DNA of 64,000 bases from Monocercomonoides exilis PA203 (GCA_001643675.2 LSRY02000007.1:1612001-1676000), one strand, 5' to 3'. Positions 1 to 11,873 are shown, counted from the first letter of the stretch. Numbers and translations: made by a program. Notes: generated from the sequence alone by a model not told the origin.

Positions 1-2673
1 CAGCGGATTTGTGTGTGAGGAGACGATTGTTCTGCTGTTCAAAAAGGCTCAAAAATTCTTTGCAAAAGCGAATCGGTCGTGTTTGGTTAACAAAAAGGAA
101 AAAAAGGTGATTAACCACTATTTGCTTGATTCAGAAGATTTGGAGCTGTTTGAGGAATATGTAGAGCTCACTTTATTTGCTCGACTGAATTCAGTGAAGC
201 ATATTTTTGCGTTCGTGCGGATAGTGGAGTTGAAACAGAAGTCGAAGATAAGTGAAGAAGGAGAAGGAGAAGGAGGAGAAGGAAGAGAAGGAGAATTCAC
301 AGTGGAAGAGAAGAAGGTTCAGATGGAGGAGCTTATGACAACAGCACAAGCAATGAGTTGATGTAGATTTTTACATGTTGTTTAACAGATCGCATCATAT
401 TTCTGATGCAGAAGCTGTCTGTTCTGCCCCCCTGTCCAGTGACATTCCAGTCGAAGTTCTTCATTTCTCCGCTTTTACCAGCGGACTTGCTGAAGCAAAA
501 ATGAATAAAGCAAACGAGCTGGAAAAGAGAAACGAAAAAATTGTGGAGAAAAAAGGCAGCGTAGATGAGGCGACGGAGCAGAAGAGGATGGTAAGAGAAG
601 GAGAAGGCGATGAGAGAAGATGTGGATTTTCCGCTTATGAAGAAGTATTGTTGCATTTTGGGTCTTGAAAGAAGGAAGAGAATGTGACAGATTTGTGGTT
701 AATGGGGCAGTTGTGTCGTGGGAAAGTTATGATTCGAGCATTACGTGCTTTTTAAAATGTGTTTGCGGGTGAGTGGGGAGATGCTGATGATGCTGTTGGA
801 GGAAATTCAATAATAATTTCTGCAGCTAGTTTCTGCATTTCAGTTAACGTTGAACCTTCTTCAACTAGGCACTAAGACTATGAATAAAAATCATCTATTT
901 CCGCTTCGCTTCAGAACGGCCTTTTCGTGCGTAAACATTCGCTCTTTTAATTCGTTGCATTTGGCTTCTGTAATGTTTTTGGCTTCTTCTGGTCTTGAAC
1001 ACAACTTTTCCTCGCCAAGTCAGTCGGAAGGTGTGAAGAGAAAATGACTCTCTCATCAGCCATCTGTTTCATCGAGTAATTCTTCACTTGTGCTTGAACT
1101 CTTTCTTCCGTTGTAATAGAAAGGAATGAAGTTGATCTTTCAATTCCATGAAAGGCTCGAACAAAAACATTCAGCGATTCTTTGTTCGTTGATAATTACA
1201 AAAATTACAATAAAGACGAGATCATTTTTGCACTGTTCACATTTTCCATTTGCGATATCTCATTCTGAACATTGATCAGCTCTGTGGTGAACGCTCTTTC
1301 TGATGATTGCTAACTTCCAGAAGTAATGTTCAGTCTGCTTATCTGCATCTCTCCTGTTCCACTTATCTCAACATTCTTGAATCACGATTATTTGAATGGA
1401 TTGGATCATGCACAAAGGGCAAGGTTATTTACGGTCAATATTCCCGCTGATACAAAAAAAAGAGACAACCCATATGTTTCTAATTCAATTTGGGCTGTTG
1501 TACTCAAATGGCTTTGGCCATTTATTGAGAAAATATTAAAATTGCAGTCTGCGCTTTTTGTTTCTGAAATCGTACCTGTGAGTATCTCTATATCAGAAAC
1601 ATATTCTGGAATCAGCTGAGTGTGAAAGCAGATGATCATGTTGCTGGATGGCTTTCATCCCGTACGCACACATATATATCAATAACAATAGATTATGTTT
1701 CGTTCAAAGAAAAATAAATCTGATTTTTCCGAAATTATTTCGAAGCCATTCACTTTTATCAACAATTTTTGAATAATTTGTTCTGATTCTATTTCCAATT
1801 TGCCTTGCTAAATAGCAGATGAAATCAATGTTGTTTGATGTCTAATTATGGAGGGAAATATCATGGCCCCCTGAAATGCATGTTATATTACGAAAGAACA
1901 GTAAAAATTAATAAATGTTCTGAAATAATAATTATAATAATTAAAAATTCAGACAGAACCTTCTCTTCTTATCGAACAACAACTCCATAATAAAAAATAT
2001 GAAATTAAAACTTGATCCTATCATAATCAATACAATTTCTCTTCTCGAGATAAAGATGAACACAATAACTATTCAATTGATTGTCTGAATAATCAAACAG
2101 ATTAATAAATTTAAAAACTTAAAATATTTATCACACTATAAATGTGTTGCAAAAGAAGTAGAGTTTTGAAAAACAACAAATGCAATTTCAATTGAAAATC
2201 AAATTTTAAACTGATCAAAAATAAAATAAAATGTTTTTTTGTCATAAATCGGATATTTTTTTATAAAACAATTGTTCTTGGGTTAACAGACATAAATGAA
2301 AGATATTGTTTTTTGCTGATCAATAATGGAAACGGAGTGTCACACAATTAACAACCATGGGTCAAATATCTGATCAATGGTGACTTTTCAAAAAAAAATA
2401 CACATATGATAGCTAAAAACTTCCGATAAAAAATATTTGCTGGAAAAGCAGCAAGTCAATGATCAAAACATAAAATTATTAAAATCCTCGATCTTTTTGA
2501 AAAACATGAAATATAGAAAAAAATAATCAGAAGAAGAAAATTAAAACATTAAAAACGTTTCTGGCTATTTTTTATTTCAAACAGGCTTGTGCATAGCTGA
2601 AAGCATGGGAAAAAAGAAAAGGGTCGTGATAAAGAAAAAAGGTCAAGATAAAATCATAACCCTATAAAAATAA

Positions 2674-3945
2674 TCAAGAAGTTTTGTTTCCCTCAAGAAG
2701 AAGAGCAAAGTCATTGTCATCGTTTTGAAATAGTTCTTCGTCAGCAGAAGCTGACGTCTTTGTGTCTTTTAACACTTCTGGTGCTTTTTCCTCCAGCACA
2801 GGACTGTTTGTGTTGTGTTTGAGATCGTCTTCTTCCATTGCAGACTCCAACAGCTGAAGCGGAGAAGATAGAACAACAGCCTTTTTGGGGTGTGCTAGAA
2901 TGGCATTGCTGAAATCTTCTTCGCTTTGGCTTTTGCTCTTCGGTGTAGGCAGTGAAAATGAAGCTGTTTGCTTGTCTTTTTCTGCATTCAAATCTGAATT
3001 GTTTCCTGAAGAATCTGTTTCTCTAGGCTTTTTTCCTTCTCTGCTAACTTCGGAATTTTTTCAAAATTTTGAATTTGAGCTCCTCCTCTTCCTCGTCTTC
3101 ATCCTCATCTTTGCTCTCATCGATTATTAATTAGTCTTATTAGCATCTTTCATTCCCCTTAGCAAAATACTTAAAAAAAAAAAGAAAAGAAAAGAAATTA
3201 TTTACCTGAATGTGCCATTTATCAAACCTCATTCTCTAAACTTGGAAATATTTGCTTCTCCTTCTTCTTCATCTGCATTGCCTGTTGTCAAAATCATATT
3301 ATTCTGTTTGACACATGCGTGCTACGGTTTCAGTCTGAGTGGCATTGATGTGAACATGTTCTGGCTCGCATTAGAGACATGCCACTATTCGCCTATGGCA
3401 TATCTGCAGTTCGCTCGTGCCTCATCTAATTTAGCATTTTCTGTGTTTTCTGTGGCGACTGCTCTGCGCCCGCCTTCGCTGGCATTTTCTTCTCTGTTTC
3501 TGCTGGTTCTTCTGCTTCTTCTGTTTGCATCGCTTCTGCTTCTGTGGATGGTCGACACGAGTGTGTTCTCGTTTGGGAAGGTGCCTGCACACGAAGCAGT
3601 GGCTGCAGTTAGTGCAGATCCAGAGGAACTTGCAGCAAGCGGCAAAGTGATCTCTTCATTGGAGGTGGACGAGAAAGCACTGGTGGAGAGCATCAAGAAG
3701 CTGGTGAAGTCAGCAAGAGTGCCTGAAAGATCAGGTCTTTCAAATAAAAACGAAAAAGCAAAAGGTTGCATGACTTCTTCTTCATCATCATCATCTTCTT
3801 CTTCTGTGTCCTCCTCAGCATCTGCATCTGTATCTGCATCTTCGACTTGCTCGTCAATGCACATGCGTTGCCCTTCAGTCTCGTTGTGCTCCTCTTCGCA
3901 GGCAGGCACCAATTCTGCTCTTGAAACGTCTTTCTCATCTGCCAT
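2674..3945 (-). pseudogene. decayed acidic/low-complexity gene remnant
   Basis: The minus frame of 3385..3945 continues past stops (IGE*WH..KP*HA..RE*GL) to a cag|GTAAAT donor-like site near 3207. A further acidic ORF lies at 2674..2991. Confidence 0.3.
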
Positions 3946-5101
3946 TGTGGAGTCTGCTGGAACGCTTGGGCAGTCACTCAGCCACAGACGAATCGCGTTA
4001 TCACCTCTTTCTGTGGAAGAAGATCACAAGCTGCAGGAGATTCTCCAGTCTGTTTCTCCGACATCTTCAGACACAGCAGCCACAGATAGTCAGCAGACAG
4101 ATTCCAGAACAAGCAAAGACGAATCAAGGAGCGAGTCGCATGAAGGCAAACAGGATGAGAAATGTGATGCATTTCCAACATCGGATTTGCTCTGTGACTC
4201 TTTTTCTGGCTCAGCCGCATCTTCTTCTTCGTCTGAGCCAGCTCCGTCTTTCAGCAGCAGCAACTCTTCAGAGCAAGAAGACAGCGACACAGCTCGATTG
4301 CTGAGCAATCCCGATCTGCCTTCAATCAGCAAACCAAATTCAGATCTTGGGTCTTTCAATTCGAATCTGTCTTCCTCCTCCTCTTCCTCATCTATTTCTT
4401 CCATGATATTCCCTCAGTCCATCTCTGCTGCCACGCTCTTCGAGACTGTGTCCAACCAGAATCCGCTTCTGCAGCGGCCCAGATTTCCTCATCTTGCTCC
4501 GACGCTGTCTCGTCCTCGCATCACTCCCTCGATGCTGCTGGAAGAGGACGAGGTGGTGAATGAAGACAGCTTTGGAGGGGACAGCATAGAAAGAAGGAAG
4601 GGCAGGGTCGAGCAGAAGAAGACAAGATACTTCACTTCGATGGAAGGAGCATGTTTGCAAGCAGTGGAGCAGCAAAACGCAAAGTGGATTGAAGGAATGA
4701 ACAGAGAAGAGAAATCCAGCGACCAACAACAGATGCAGCAATGCGATGAGAAAGGGAAAGAAGATGACGAAGGAGAAGATGACCATAGTTCATGTGTGGC
4801 AGATGGAAAAGATGAAATGGAGGTGATTTTGGAGCAGAATGAAGAAAATGGAGCAATTGACTTGAAGGACCAGAGCAAATCCGGGAATAATGACAATGTT
4901 GATGAAGATATCTCAGTAATTGGCCCTCGAGCCCAAGCGAGCGAGTCTCCTTTGAAGATTTGCTCACCTTCTTCTCTATCAGCAGATTGCTCCGCTGCAT
5001 CTTCGCAAAGCGAACAACTGCAGCTTTCTGGAAAGTTTAACTCCGAAAAATTCACTGAGAAAGCATTAAACCAAAAGCAAAATGTCATTTGCTCGAATTA
5101 A
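3212..5101 (+). CDS. Ser/acidic low-complexity hypothetical ORF (true start uncertain)
   Basis: 629-codon open frame ending in TAA, convergent on cathepsin B. No recognisable domain. The listed start is GTG, and the 5' third overlaps a decayed minus-strand frame. Confidence 0.35.
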   Translation: MPFIKPHSLNLEIFASPSSSSALPVVKIILFCLTHACYGFSLSGIDVNMFWLALETCHYSPMAYLQFARASSNLAFSVFSVATALRPPSLAFSSLFLLVLLLLLFASLLLLWMVDTSVFSFGKVPAHEAVAAVSADPEELAASGKVISSLEVDEKALVESIKKLVKSARVPERSGLSNKNEKAKGCMTSSSSSSSSSSVSSSASASVSASSTCSSMHMRCPSVSLCSSSQAGTNSALETSFSSAIVESAGTLGQSLSHRRIALSPLSVEEDHKLQEILQSVSPTSSDTAATDSQQTDSRTSKDESRSESHEGKQDEKCDAFPTSDLLCDSFSGSAASSSSSEPAPSFSSSNSSEQEDSDTARLLSNPDLPSISKPNSDLGSFNSNLSSSSSSSSISSMIFPQSISAATLFETVSNQNPLLQRPRFPHLAPTLSRPRITPSMLLEEDEVVNEDSFGGDSIERRKGRVEQKKTRYFTSMEGACLQAVEQQNAKWIEGMNREEKSSDQQQMQQCDEKGKEDDEGEDDHSSCVADGKDEMEVILEQNEENGAIDLKDQSKSGNNDNVDEDISVIGPRAQASESPLKICSPSSLSADCSAASSQSEQLQLSGKFNSEKFTEKALNQKQNVICSN

Positions 5102-5333
5102 ATTGTTTGTTTCATGTTATATTAATTTTTAATTTGCAAAAAATGCTGAAAAATGAAAAAAGAAAATCATCACAACTCCATTTATTCTCATTATTTTTAT
5201 CTCTAAATGTGACAAATAAAAAAAATAATAAATAAAATAAAAAGCTCATGAGAGTCGGAACTATACAAAAATCTAAGAATAAATCTTGGATCAAATAATT
5301 ACCGAAAAACAATTTCAAAAAATTGAAAAGTAT

Positions 5334-6182
5334 TTAGCATTTTGGAAGTCCAGAATAAAATATTTCATCAATGTGGCAATCGTTTGTTCCTCTTCTAATT
5401 CTGAAGAAGCCCTTCTCCCCCCATCCTGATCCCCATGAGTTCTGAAGAAGCCAGTATGGCACTCCATTTTCTGTTCCCCATCCCATCAACATAACATGAT
5501 GCCATCCTTGAGATCTTCCTGTTTTGTGTTGGTAAACGCCACTTCTATAGTTATAAAAATCTTCAAACACTTCAAAGCATGCATAAACTGGTCCATTATT
5601 TGCAACTTCGTCCATCACGGTTTTTGAGTTGAATGATCCCCATGACGAAACAAATGAGCGCACAATATTTGATCCATTTTTGCATTTTGATGGGCATGTT
5701 GGGACACGTCCTGAGCCAGAAACATATGGAATGCATTGTTCGGTCGTTATTCCTTTCTTCTGAATCCAATTCCAAACTCGATCAGCATATCCTCCATTGC
5801 AGCCCATATTGTTTGATTCACATGACACAAGATCCTGAGGAGACATTACACCTTTGGAGCACCTTCGTATTCCCATTCTGAAGCCCATCGTCTCTGATGC
5901 TGCATGAGCCCAGCAAGATCCACACGAACCCTGATTTCGAACTGGCTCTGCTTTGCCTGGCCATTTTTGTCTGCAGTCAAAGGAAGCTGGCGCATTTTCG
6001 TTTTCGGCAAAGGTCCATTCTCCCTCAAATCCGTTACCAATTTGAGAAATCATTGCTCTCATCTTCGCAGGCGTCAAAATTTCACGTGGATATTCGGTAG
6101 CAACCCAAGTCGATGAGGGGTCGTTGTTGACGATATCAACCACTGACTCAGCCAACACTGATGCAATTAGAAAATAAAGCAT
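5334..6182 (-). CDS. cathepsin B-like cysteine protease (papain family C1A), intronless
   Basis: Signal peptide, short propeptide, FDCRQKWP, QGSCGSCWAH (catalytic Cys), GCNGG, NGPV, GVYQH, GWHHVMLMGWG (catalytic His), YWLLQNSWG (catalytic Asn), GFFRIRRG. Confidence 0.96.
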   Translation of the reverse strand: MLYFLIASVLAESVVDIVNNDPSSTWVATEYPREILTPAKMRAMISQIGNGFEGEWTFAENENAPASFDCRQKWPGKAEPVRNQGSCGSCWAHAASETMGFRMGIRRCSKGVMSPQDLVSCESNNMGCNGGYADRVWNWIQKKGITTEQCIPYVSGSGRVPTCPSKCKNGSNIVRSFVSSWGSFNSKTVMDEVANNGPVYACFEVFEDFYNYRSGVYQHKTGRSQGWHHVMLMGWGTENGVPYWLLQNSWGSGWGEKGFFRIRRGTNDCHIDEIFYSGLPKC

Positions 6183-6532
6183 TTCGAAAGAATATTGATC
6201 TTAATCACCCAATATATATAACAGATGAATATTAATGATGGTCTCATTTTGATTCAGATTTCGAAAATAATAAAGAGGATGGCTTATCGGAAATATTGAT
6301 AAATTGTTGACGAGTTAAAGATGTCAACTGAAAGACTCATTTAAAAACTGTTTCTTGCTGCACTCAATCAAATAGAACGTGAAGAGAAAAAATTTTTTAT
6401 TTAAAAAAAACAATAGAACATTCCAAGCTCATTATATTATCACATGATAATGAGTTCAACATTATGTTCAAAAAAAGGATAAAATATTTTTCACACAGTG
6501 AAAAAAATTGAAAAAATTGTGTTAAACAAAAT

Positions 6533-7354
6533 ACTCCATTTATTATTCAAATTTGGTAAAACTTATTATTCGAAATTGGTCAACTAATAATTCAAAATTA
6601 ATAAACTTTTTATTCGAAATTGGTAAACTTCTTATTCGAAATTAATAAAATTGAGTATATTCTGAAAAAAAATTTTTTGAATTAAGTCTTCCATTGATTG
6701 AGTGTCGAAAAGTGATTAAAATATCGTATTCAGTCAATATTCGAAATATAGATGAGAATTTGAACCAAGATTTTTATTATTTGTGAATAAACATGAAATT
6801 TTCTGATTTTTCAGAAAAGAAATCATCATCATGGAAATATGTTAATTTTTGAGTTATTTCACCTCACATCGATAAATAATGCATTATTCAACCAAGAAAA
6901 GGAGTTTGCATCAATATTAGTTTATTCAGATAAACAATAAAAAACAAATAAAGAATTCAGAAAGTGCATTCGTGGATTTATTCAGTTCTGAAAAACATTT
7001 GCATTCAGTTTGTATCATTGATGCAAACTCCTTTTCTTGGTTGAATAATGCATTATTTATCGATGTGAGGTGAAATAACTCAAAAATTAACATATTTCTA
7101 TGATGATGATTTCTTTTCTGAAAAATCAGAAAATTTCATGTTTATTCACAAATAATAAAAATCTTGGTTCAAATTCTCATCTATATTTCGAATATTGACT
7201 GAATACGATATTTTAATCACTTTTCGACACTCAATCAATGGAAGACTTAATTCAAAAAATTTTTTTTCAGAATATACTCAATTTTATTAATTTCGAATAA
7301 GAAGTTTACCAATTTCGAATAATAAGTTAATTAAATTTGAATAATAAATAGTGT
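6533..7354. mobile_element. foldback/MITE-like element: long inverted arms, ~101-bp spacer, subterminal 22-bp tandem repeats
   Basis: 6612-6915 is the near-perfect reverse complement of 7017-7320. A ~22-bp unit (ttattattcgaaattggtaaac-like) occurs 5 times at 6540-6650 and 3 times inverted at 7282-7347. No clear TSD. Confidence 0.8.
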
Positions 7355-8309
7355 CCTGAATGAATATTATTTCGTTCCATTTGTTTTCTTAAATGAAAAT
7401 TTTCATTCAATAATTTCATTTTGTGACATGTACGTTTTTTTATTTATATTGATAAATTAGTTAGTAACTTCAAAATAATTAATATTTTGGATAAAAGAAA
7501 ATAGCTTTGATTAATTATTTAGGCAAACAAACAAAAAGATAAGCTGAAAAAGGGAATTTTCATTGAGAAAAAAGAATCAAGCAAATGGAAAGAAGAAGTT
7601 GAAGATAAATAAAACTGGGAAATTTGAACAAAGAGAAATATTTCTTTAACATTTATTATTCTCTGGATTTAGTACTCGGATATTAACAATCGAGATTTTA
7701 AGGGTATGGGTAATTCTTTTTGATTTCATATTTTTTCTATCAAAATTAACGAATAGATAATTTTTCACAAATACTTCGAAATCAATCAGATATTTTTATC
7801 AAAATCATTTATGAACTTCTCTGTCTTTCTTTAACAACATATAATAAAAAGGACAATAATTAGAAAGCAAGTGAAGCTTTTTTGATTATTATTTTTTAAA
7901 TAATTGTGAATTAGAAAAATAAACATATATTGAAAAAATATATGATTTCAGAAATAATCACCCATATAAGCTGAAGAAGGGAAGAGTTGTGAGAAGAAGA
8001 AGAAGCAAAATGAGAAAGAAAAAGTATCTTTTCAAATGATTTGTGCGAATTGGAACAGAATTATCAGAGAAAAGTTAGATGGAGAGGAAAGAAAATTCGG
8101 TATAAGTGTATCATCTGGGAGTTATCAAAATAAGAACAAACTTCATTTAAACATCTTTCAAACCGTTGTTTTGATAAAATATCAGCAAGATAGTTGTCGG
8201 AAACTCGTTTTTTTGACAAAACAGTAAGTGATGAATAAAGTTCATTTTCAAATAATTTTGGGTAATCAAATTTTTTATTTTTTTATTTTATTTTATTATT
8301 TTTTTTTTG

Positions 8310-9603
8310 TGGCTGTTCACATTTTTGATATTACAAGAACGAATGAGCCTGACGATCAATTCCACGTTGAAGATGCAACATGAAGGTATTTTTTCATGAC
8401 CATTTTGGGTGGAAGAATTATGTGGTGCATCAAGTTAAAAAGATTTGTGAAGGTTTTGAAGAAGGAGAAGTTCAATAAATGCTGGCACTGTTCAAAATAT
8501 GGAAGAAAAAATAAGTTTTCGATGGAACTGACTTCTTTCAAAATTTGATAATATCAAATTTTTTTTGAAAAGTTCCTTTTGTTTTATTTTCAAATAAAAT
8601 AATAATTTCATTTTTCAATCAAATTTCAGTTCTCTCTCATGAAACTTCACAAAAATAACAATAATAACATTTTAAAGATTTTATTTTCATTACAGGAAAA
8701 TTTGGTGAGTGGGGACAGAAATTTGATTGAAAAATGAAATTTTTATTTTATTTGAAAATTAAACTAAAAGAACTTTTCTTAAAAAATGAAGACTTATGAT
8801 CAGGGAAAACAAAGAGGATTCTTTTGTGGTGTGAAAAGGGAATTTCGATAAAGCGCATTTCAAGATTTTTAGGAATTGACAGAAAGACAATTGGATTTTG
8901 CAGGAGTGTGGTCGGGGTTGTGTGCATGAATGTGTAGAATGAGAACCAAGTCCAAATAGAAGGGGAAGGAAAGACAGTTGAGATTTATGAGGCTGTTTGG
9001 AGAAGGAGAAAATTCAAGAGGGGAAGGAGAAAAGAACAGATTTGGATTTTTGGAGGTGAAGAGAGATTGAAAGGCGGAGGAACTGGTCCAAGATTCGTGA
9101 TTATTGCACCCAAATACAGAAAAGAGACTTTTCTTCCAAACAAAATGGAAAGAATACACACTGGAACAACAAGCATATCTGACGAGTGGAAATCCTATTC
9201 CACTTTGAATCCTCACAATTGCGCGCACAAAACAATCTGCCACAAACGGCATTATGAAGATTAAGAAAGTGGAGCCTGTACCAATACAATTGAGGGATTG
9301 TGTGGTACTCTCAGAAAGTCTTTTCCCCACAATGGAGAAAGGAAATCACTGACACCTGATCATTTGGAAATGCAAATTGTGAAATCATCGAAAGATTATG
9401 AATTATCTGATATTTTGATGCACATTTCTAATTATAAACCTGTGGAACACCATGTGCCTGAACCAGAATCTGATACAAAAGATGAAGATACTGATACTTC
9501 TGGCATTGATGATGTTTTTCATGAAGAATCGAGTGACGAAAAATTGTCAGGATTTACTTCAGAGGAAGAAATAACCTCTGACTTTAAACATTTATTTTTT
9601 TAA
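8310..9603 (+). pseudogene. decayed Merlin/IS1595 (ISXO2-like) DDE transposase
   Basis: One plus frame reads GKTVEIYEAVWRRRKFKRGRRKEQIWIFGGEER...GTTSISDEWKSYSTL...HKTICH...*ESGACTNTIEGLCGTLRK. This matches the ISXO2 motifs VEIDES, RKYxRGR, WVFG, TIxSDxWxxY, HxxVNH, HTNxIExxW. The first catalytic D is Y and there is an internal TAA at 9262-9264. An upstream WHCSKxGRKISFR zinc-ribbon-like relic lies near 8480-8520. Confidence 0.85.
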
Positions 9604-10202
9604 ATTTCTTATTTTTGTTCTTTTTATTTTTTTCGAAAAAACGTTTCCGACGCTCAACAAAACACAATATAATCATAAATTACGTCATTGATCCATAAAA
9701 AAGTTGTTTTTACCCAAAATGAAACCTACCATATCATACCCATATACCTATTTTTTGACTATAGTTAGATATTTTCCAAATAATTTCATGAAAAAAAGTT
9801 TCAATGTGAATATTATTTGCCAAACAAAAATTTTTTCACTAAAAATTAAATTCTTAAAAAAAATATTTTTTTTTTTATTTTGGTAACTGCAAACGAAATA
9901 CAAAAGCAGAGAACTCATGTGCTTGTTCAAAAAATCAAAAAATTCACTTCATTTTTAAACGTGATATTAAAACTTCAATTAATTCTACAGCCAACATATA
10001 CACAAAATTAAAAAAATATATAAAAAAGGAACAAATTATCACATTGTTATATTAATCTTTACGGTTATATTTGGTTGAAAATAAAATTGAAGCAAGAGAA
10101 AATTGAAGTACAGTCAAACAAAAAATAAAAAGAAAAAATTATTTCCGTCCACGACAGAAACTTCAAAAGTGCACAGTAATCTTGCTTCTATTAATTTATC
10201 AA

Positions 10203-11873
10203 TTAAAATTGATACGAGACATCAAAAATCTTGATGTCAATTGGCTTGTATTGCCATTGCCAGAAGACGTATTCTCTATCAAGTCCCCATTTGCATCCCT
10301 TTGTGCAGGTTCTGAAAGCAACATGCCCAACAAAACGAGCAGAAAACGGTCCAGTGTGAGAATTTGCGTACATTCCCACTTTGCATTGACCCGCTGAGAT
10401 GTAAGCAGTTGGATCAAGTTTCTCATCAATGTTCGCCTCTAATCGTAATCCTCCCTTTGCAATAAGAATTTCTGTTCCAACTTCAGCAAATGCAGAGACA
10501 CGTGCATATGGCTCAAAGGCAATAGATGCAAACCATGTCTGGGCACACAACTCGTATGGTACGTTCGCATCGAACTGAACACGCACACCAACGCTGAATT
10601 TGATTGGCACAACTGATACGTGCACAACATATTTGTAAGAAAATTCCTTGTCCAGATCAGCAACGTGAATACTCTTACGGATGCATGGCATGTCTGGGAA
10701 TGGCTTTTTGTAAACAGAGTATGAGAACACTTGGACCTCAAGTGCATTTCTTTGTGCAGCTCCATTAACATAACCATACTCAACATAAGCGCTAGCTAAT
10801 TCCAGCTTTGAGTTCAAAATCCAAAGGTCGAGGTTTGCATATGCGCCAACAAGAAAGTTGCGTGTCTCTGAGTGGCATCCTGGATTTGTTCCAGCGACAA
10901 CGCTTCCTCCAACATTAATTCCAATGGACGTGTTGCCCAACCAGTAATTAAGAGCATATTTCTTGCAGAATTCAACACCATAGGGGCAATCTTCTGGAGG
11001 TGTAGGCTTCACATGTGCGAGTGCTTCAAATTGAGATGTGTACAAAGAATCAGAGAGGATATCCACCTCAACGTACTCTGATTCGTCAACTGCAGTTATG
11101 GGAACACCTCTTCTTGAGGAAACCAATTTCAAATTTGTTTTACCATCAGAAAACACAGCCAAATTTCCTGCTTCATCAGCATCTGCATCAACATTCTTCT
11201 TTGAAAATGTAACAGACATAAGTTGTGTAATTTCGTTAATAATACCGTAAGAGATAACAGTTGTATCGTGTCCATCAAGGCTTATTTTATCCTTGTTGAT
11301 ATTTGGATCGCGGAATGAAATAAAATCTTGCTCGGTGTAAGAGCTTGTAACGACACTTGAGGCACCGGAAAACTCAACATCAACATGAACGTAATGTTTG
11401 CCATCCATGTCAACAACAGTTTGAAGTTGTGCATTCTCATTTTGTGGCATTGTTGTTTGAAGAGCTGAAATAATTGCAACTTTAAGATCTACAATATCAG
11501 TTGTGTCATCTTTATGCGCTTTCACATTACTAACAACTCCGGTTTCCGAGAGCGAAAAAAGAAGGGGTCGAGAAAATACCTTGTCAAGTTCTCCTGATCT
11601 TGATTTTACTTCTACACGCTTTCCATTTTCATTATCGAAAACCTTAACATTTTTCGCAGTCATGCTCATAGAAAACGAATTACTCACGACATTTGTGCAT
11701 AAAATTGTCAGTTGCGCTTCAACGGCAAAGCCTTGAAACTTTTCTTCGCCTGCAACATTCTGTGCAGTCATTGCAACATCCGAATTAAAGTTATAAACGT
11801 ATGATGCTCCTTTTTGATATGACAATGTGGAGCAAGATACAAGCGATAAAACATTTAGAATGAAAAATAACAT
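10203..11873 (-). CDS. secreted all-beta protein with vitellogenin/large-lipid-transfer-protein N-terminal-like domain
   Basis: First ATG is at 11873 (MLFFILNVLSLVSCS signal peptide), followed by LSYQKGASYVYNFNS, RPLLFSLSETGVV and DLKVAIISALQT, which resemble the Vitellogenin_N beta-barrel. The C-terminal half is Cys-containing and beta-rich. Intronless, ends in TAA. The CDS is solid; the domain call is moderate. Confidence 0.7.
   Translation of the reverse strand: MLFFILNVLSLVSCSTLSYQKGASYVYNFNSDVAMTAQNVAGEEKFQGFAVEAQLTILCTNVVSNSFSMSMTAKNVKVFDNENGKRVEVKSRSGELDKVFSRPLLFSLSETGVVSNVKAHKDDTTDIVDLKVAIISALQTTMPQNENAQLQTVVDMDGKHYVHVDVEFSGASSVVTSSYTEQDFISFRDPNINKDKISLDGHDTTVISYGIINEITQLMSVTFSKKNVDADADEAGNLAVFSDGKTNLKLVSSRRGVPITAVDESEYVEVDILSDSLYTSQFEALAHVKPTPPEDCPYGVEFCKKYALNYWLGNTSIGINVGGSVVAGTNPGCHSETRNFLVGAYANLDLWILNSKLELASAYVEYGYVNGAAQRNALEVQVFSYSVYKKPFPDMPCIRKSIHVADLDKEFSYKYVVHVSVVPIKFSVGVRVQFDANVPYELCAQTWFASIAFEPYARVSAFAEVGTEILIAKGGLRLEANIDEKLDPTAYISAGQCKVGMYANSHTGPFSARFVGHVAFRTCTKGCKWGLDREYVFWQWQYKPIDIKIFDVSYQF

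Noticed and set aside
1-1650. Short ORFs at the window start (similarly 43600-45450)
   Set aside because: Probably decayed gene-family fragments, with no recognisable motif to support a call.
6540-6650. 22-bp repeats as a CRISPR array
   Set aside because: Tandem units without unique spacers, no cas genes, eukaryotic context.
7700-9750. Merlin TIRs (gggtatg at ~7702 and cataccc at ~9735)
   Set aside because: Only ~7 bp match and no convincing 8-bp TSD.
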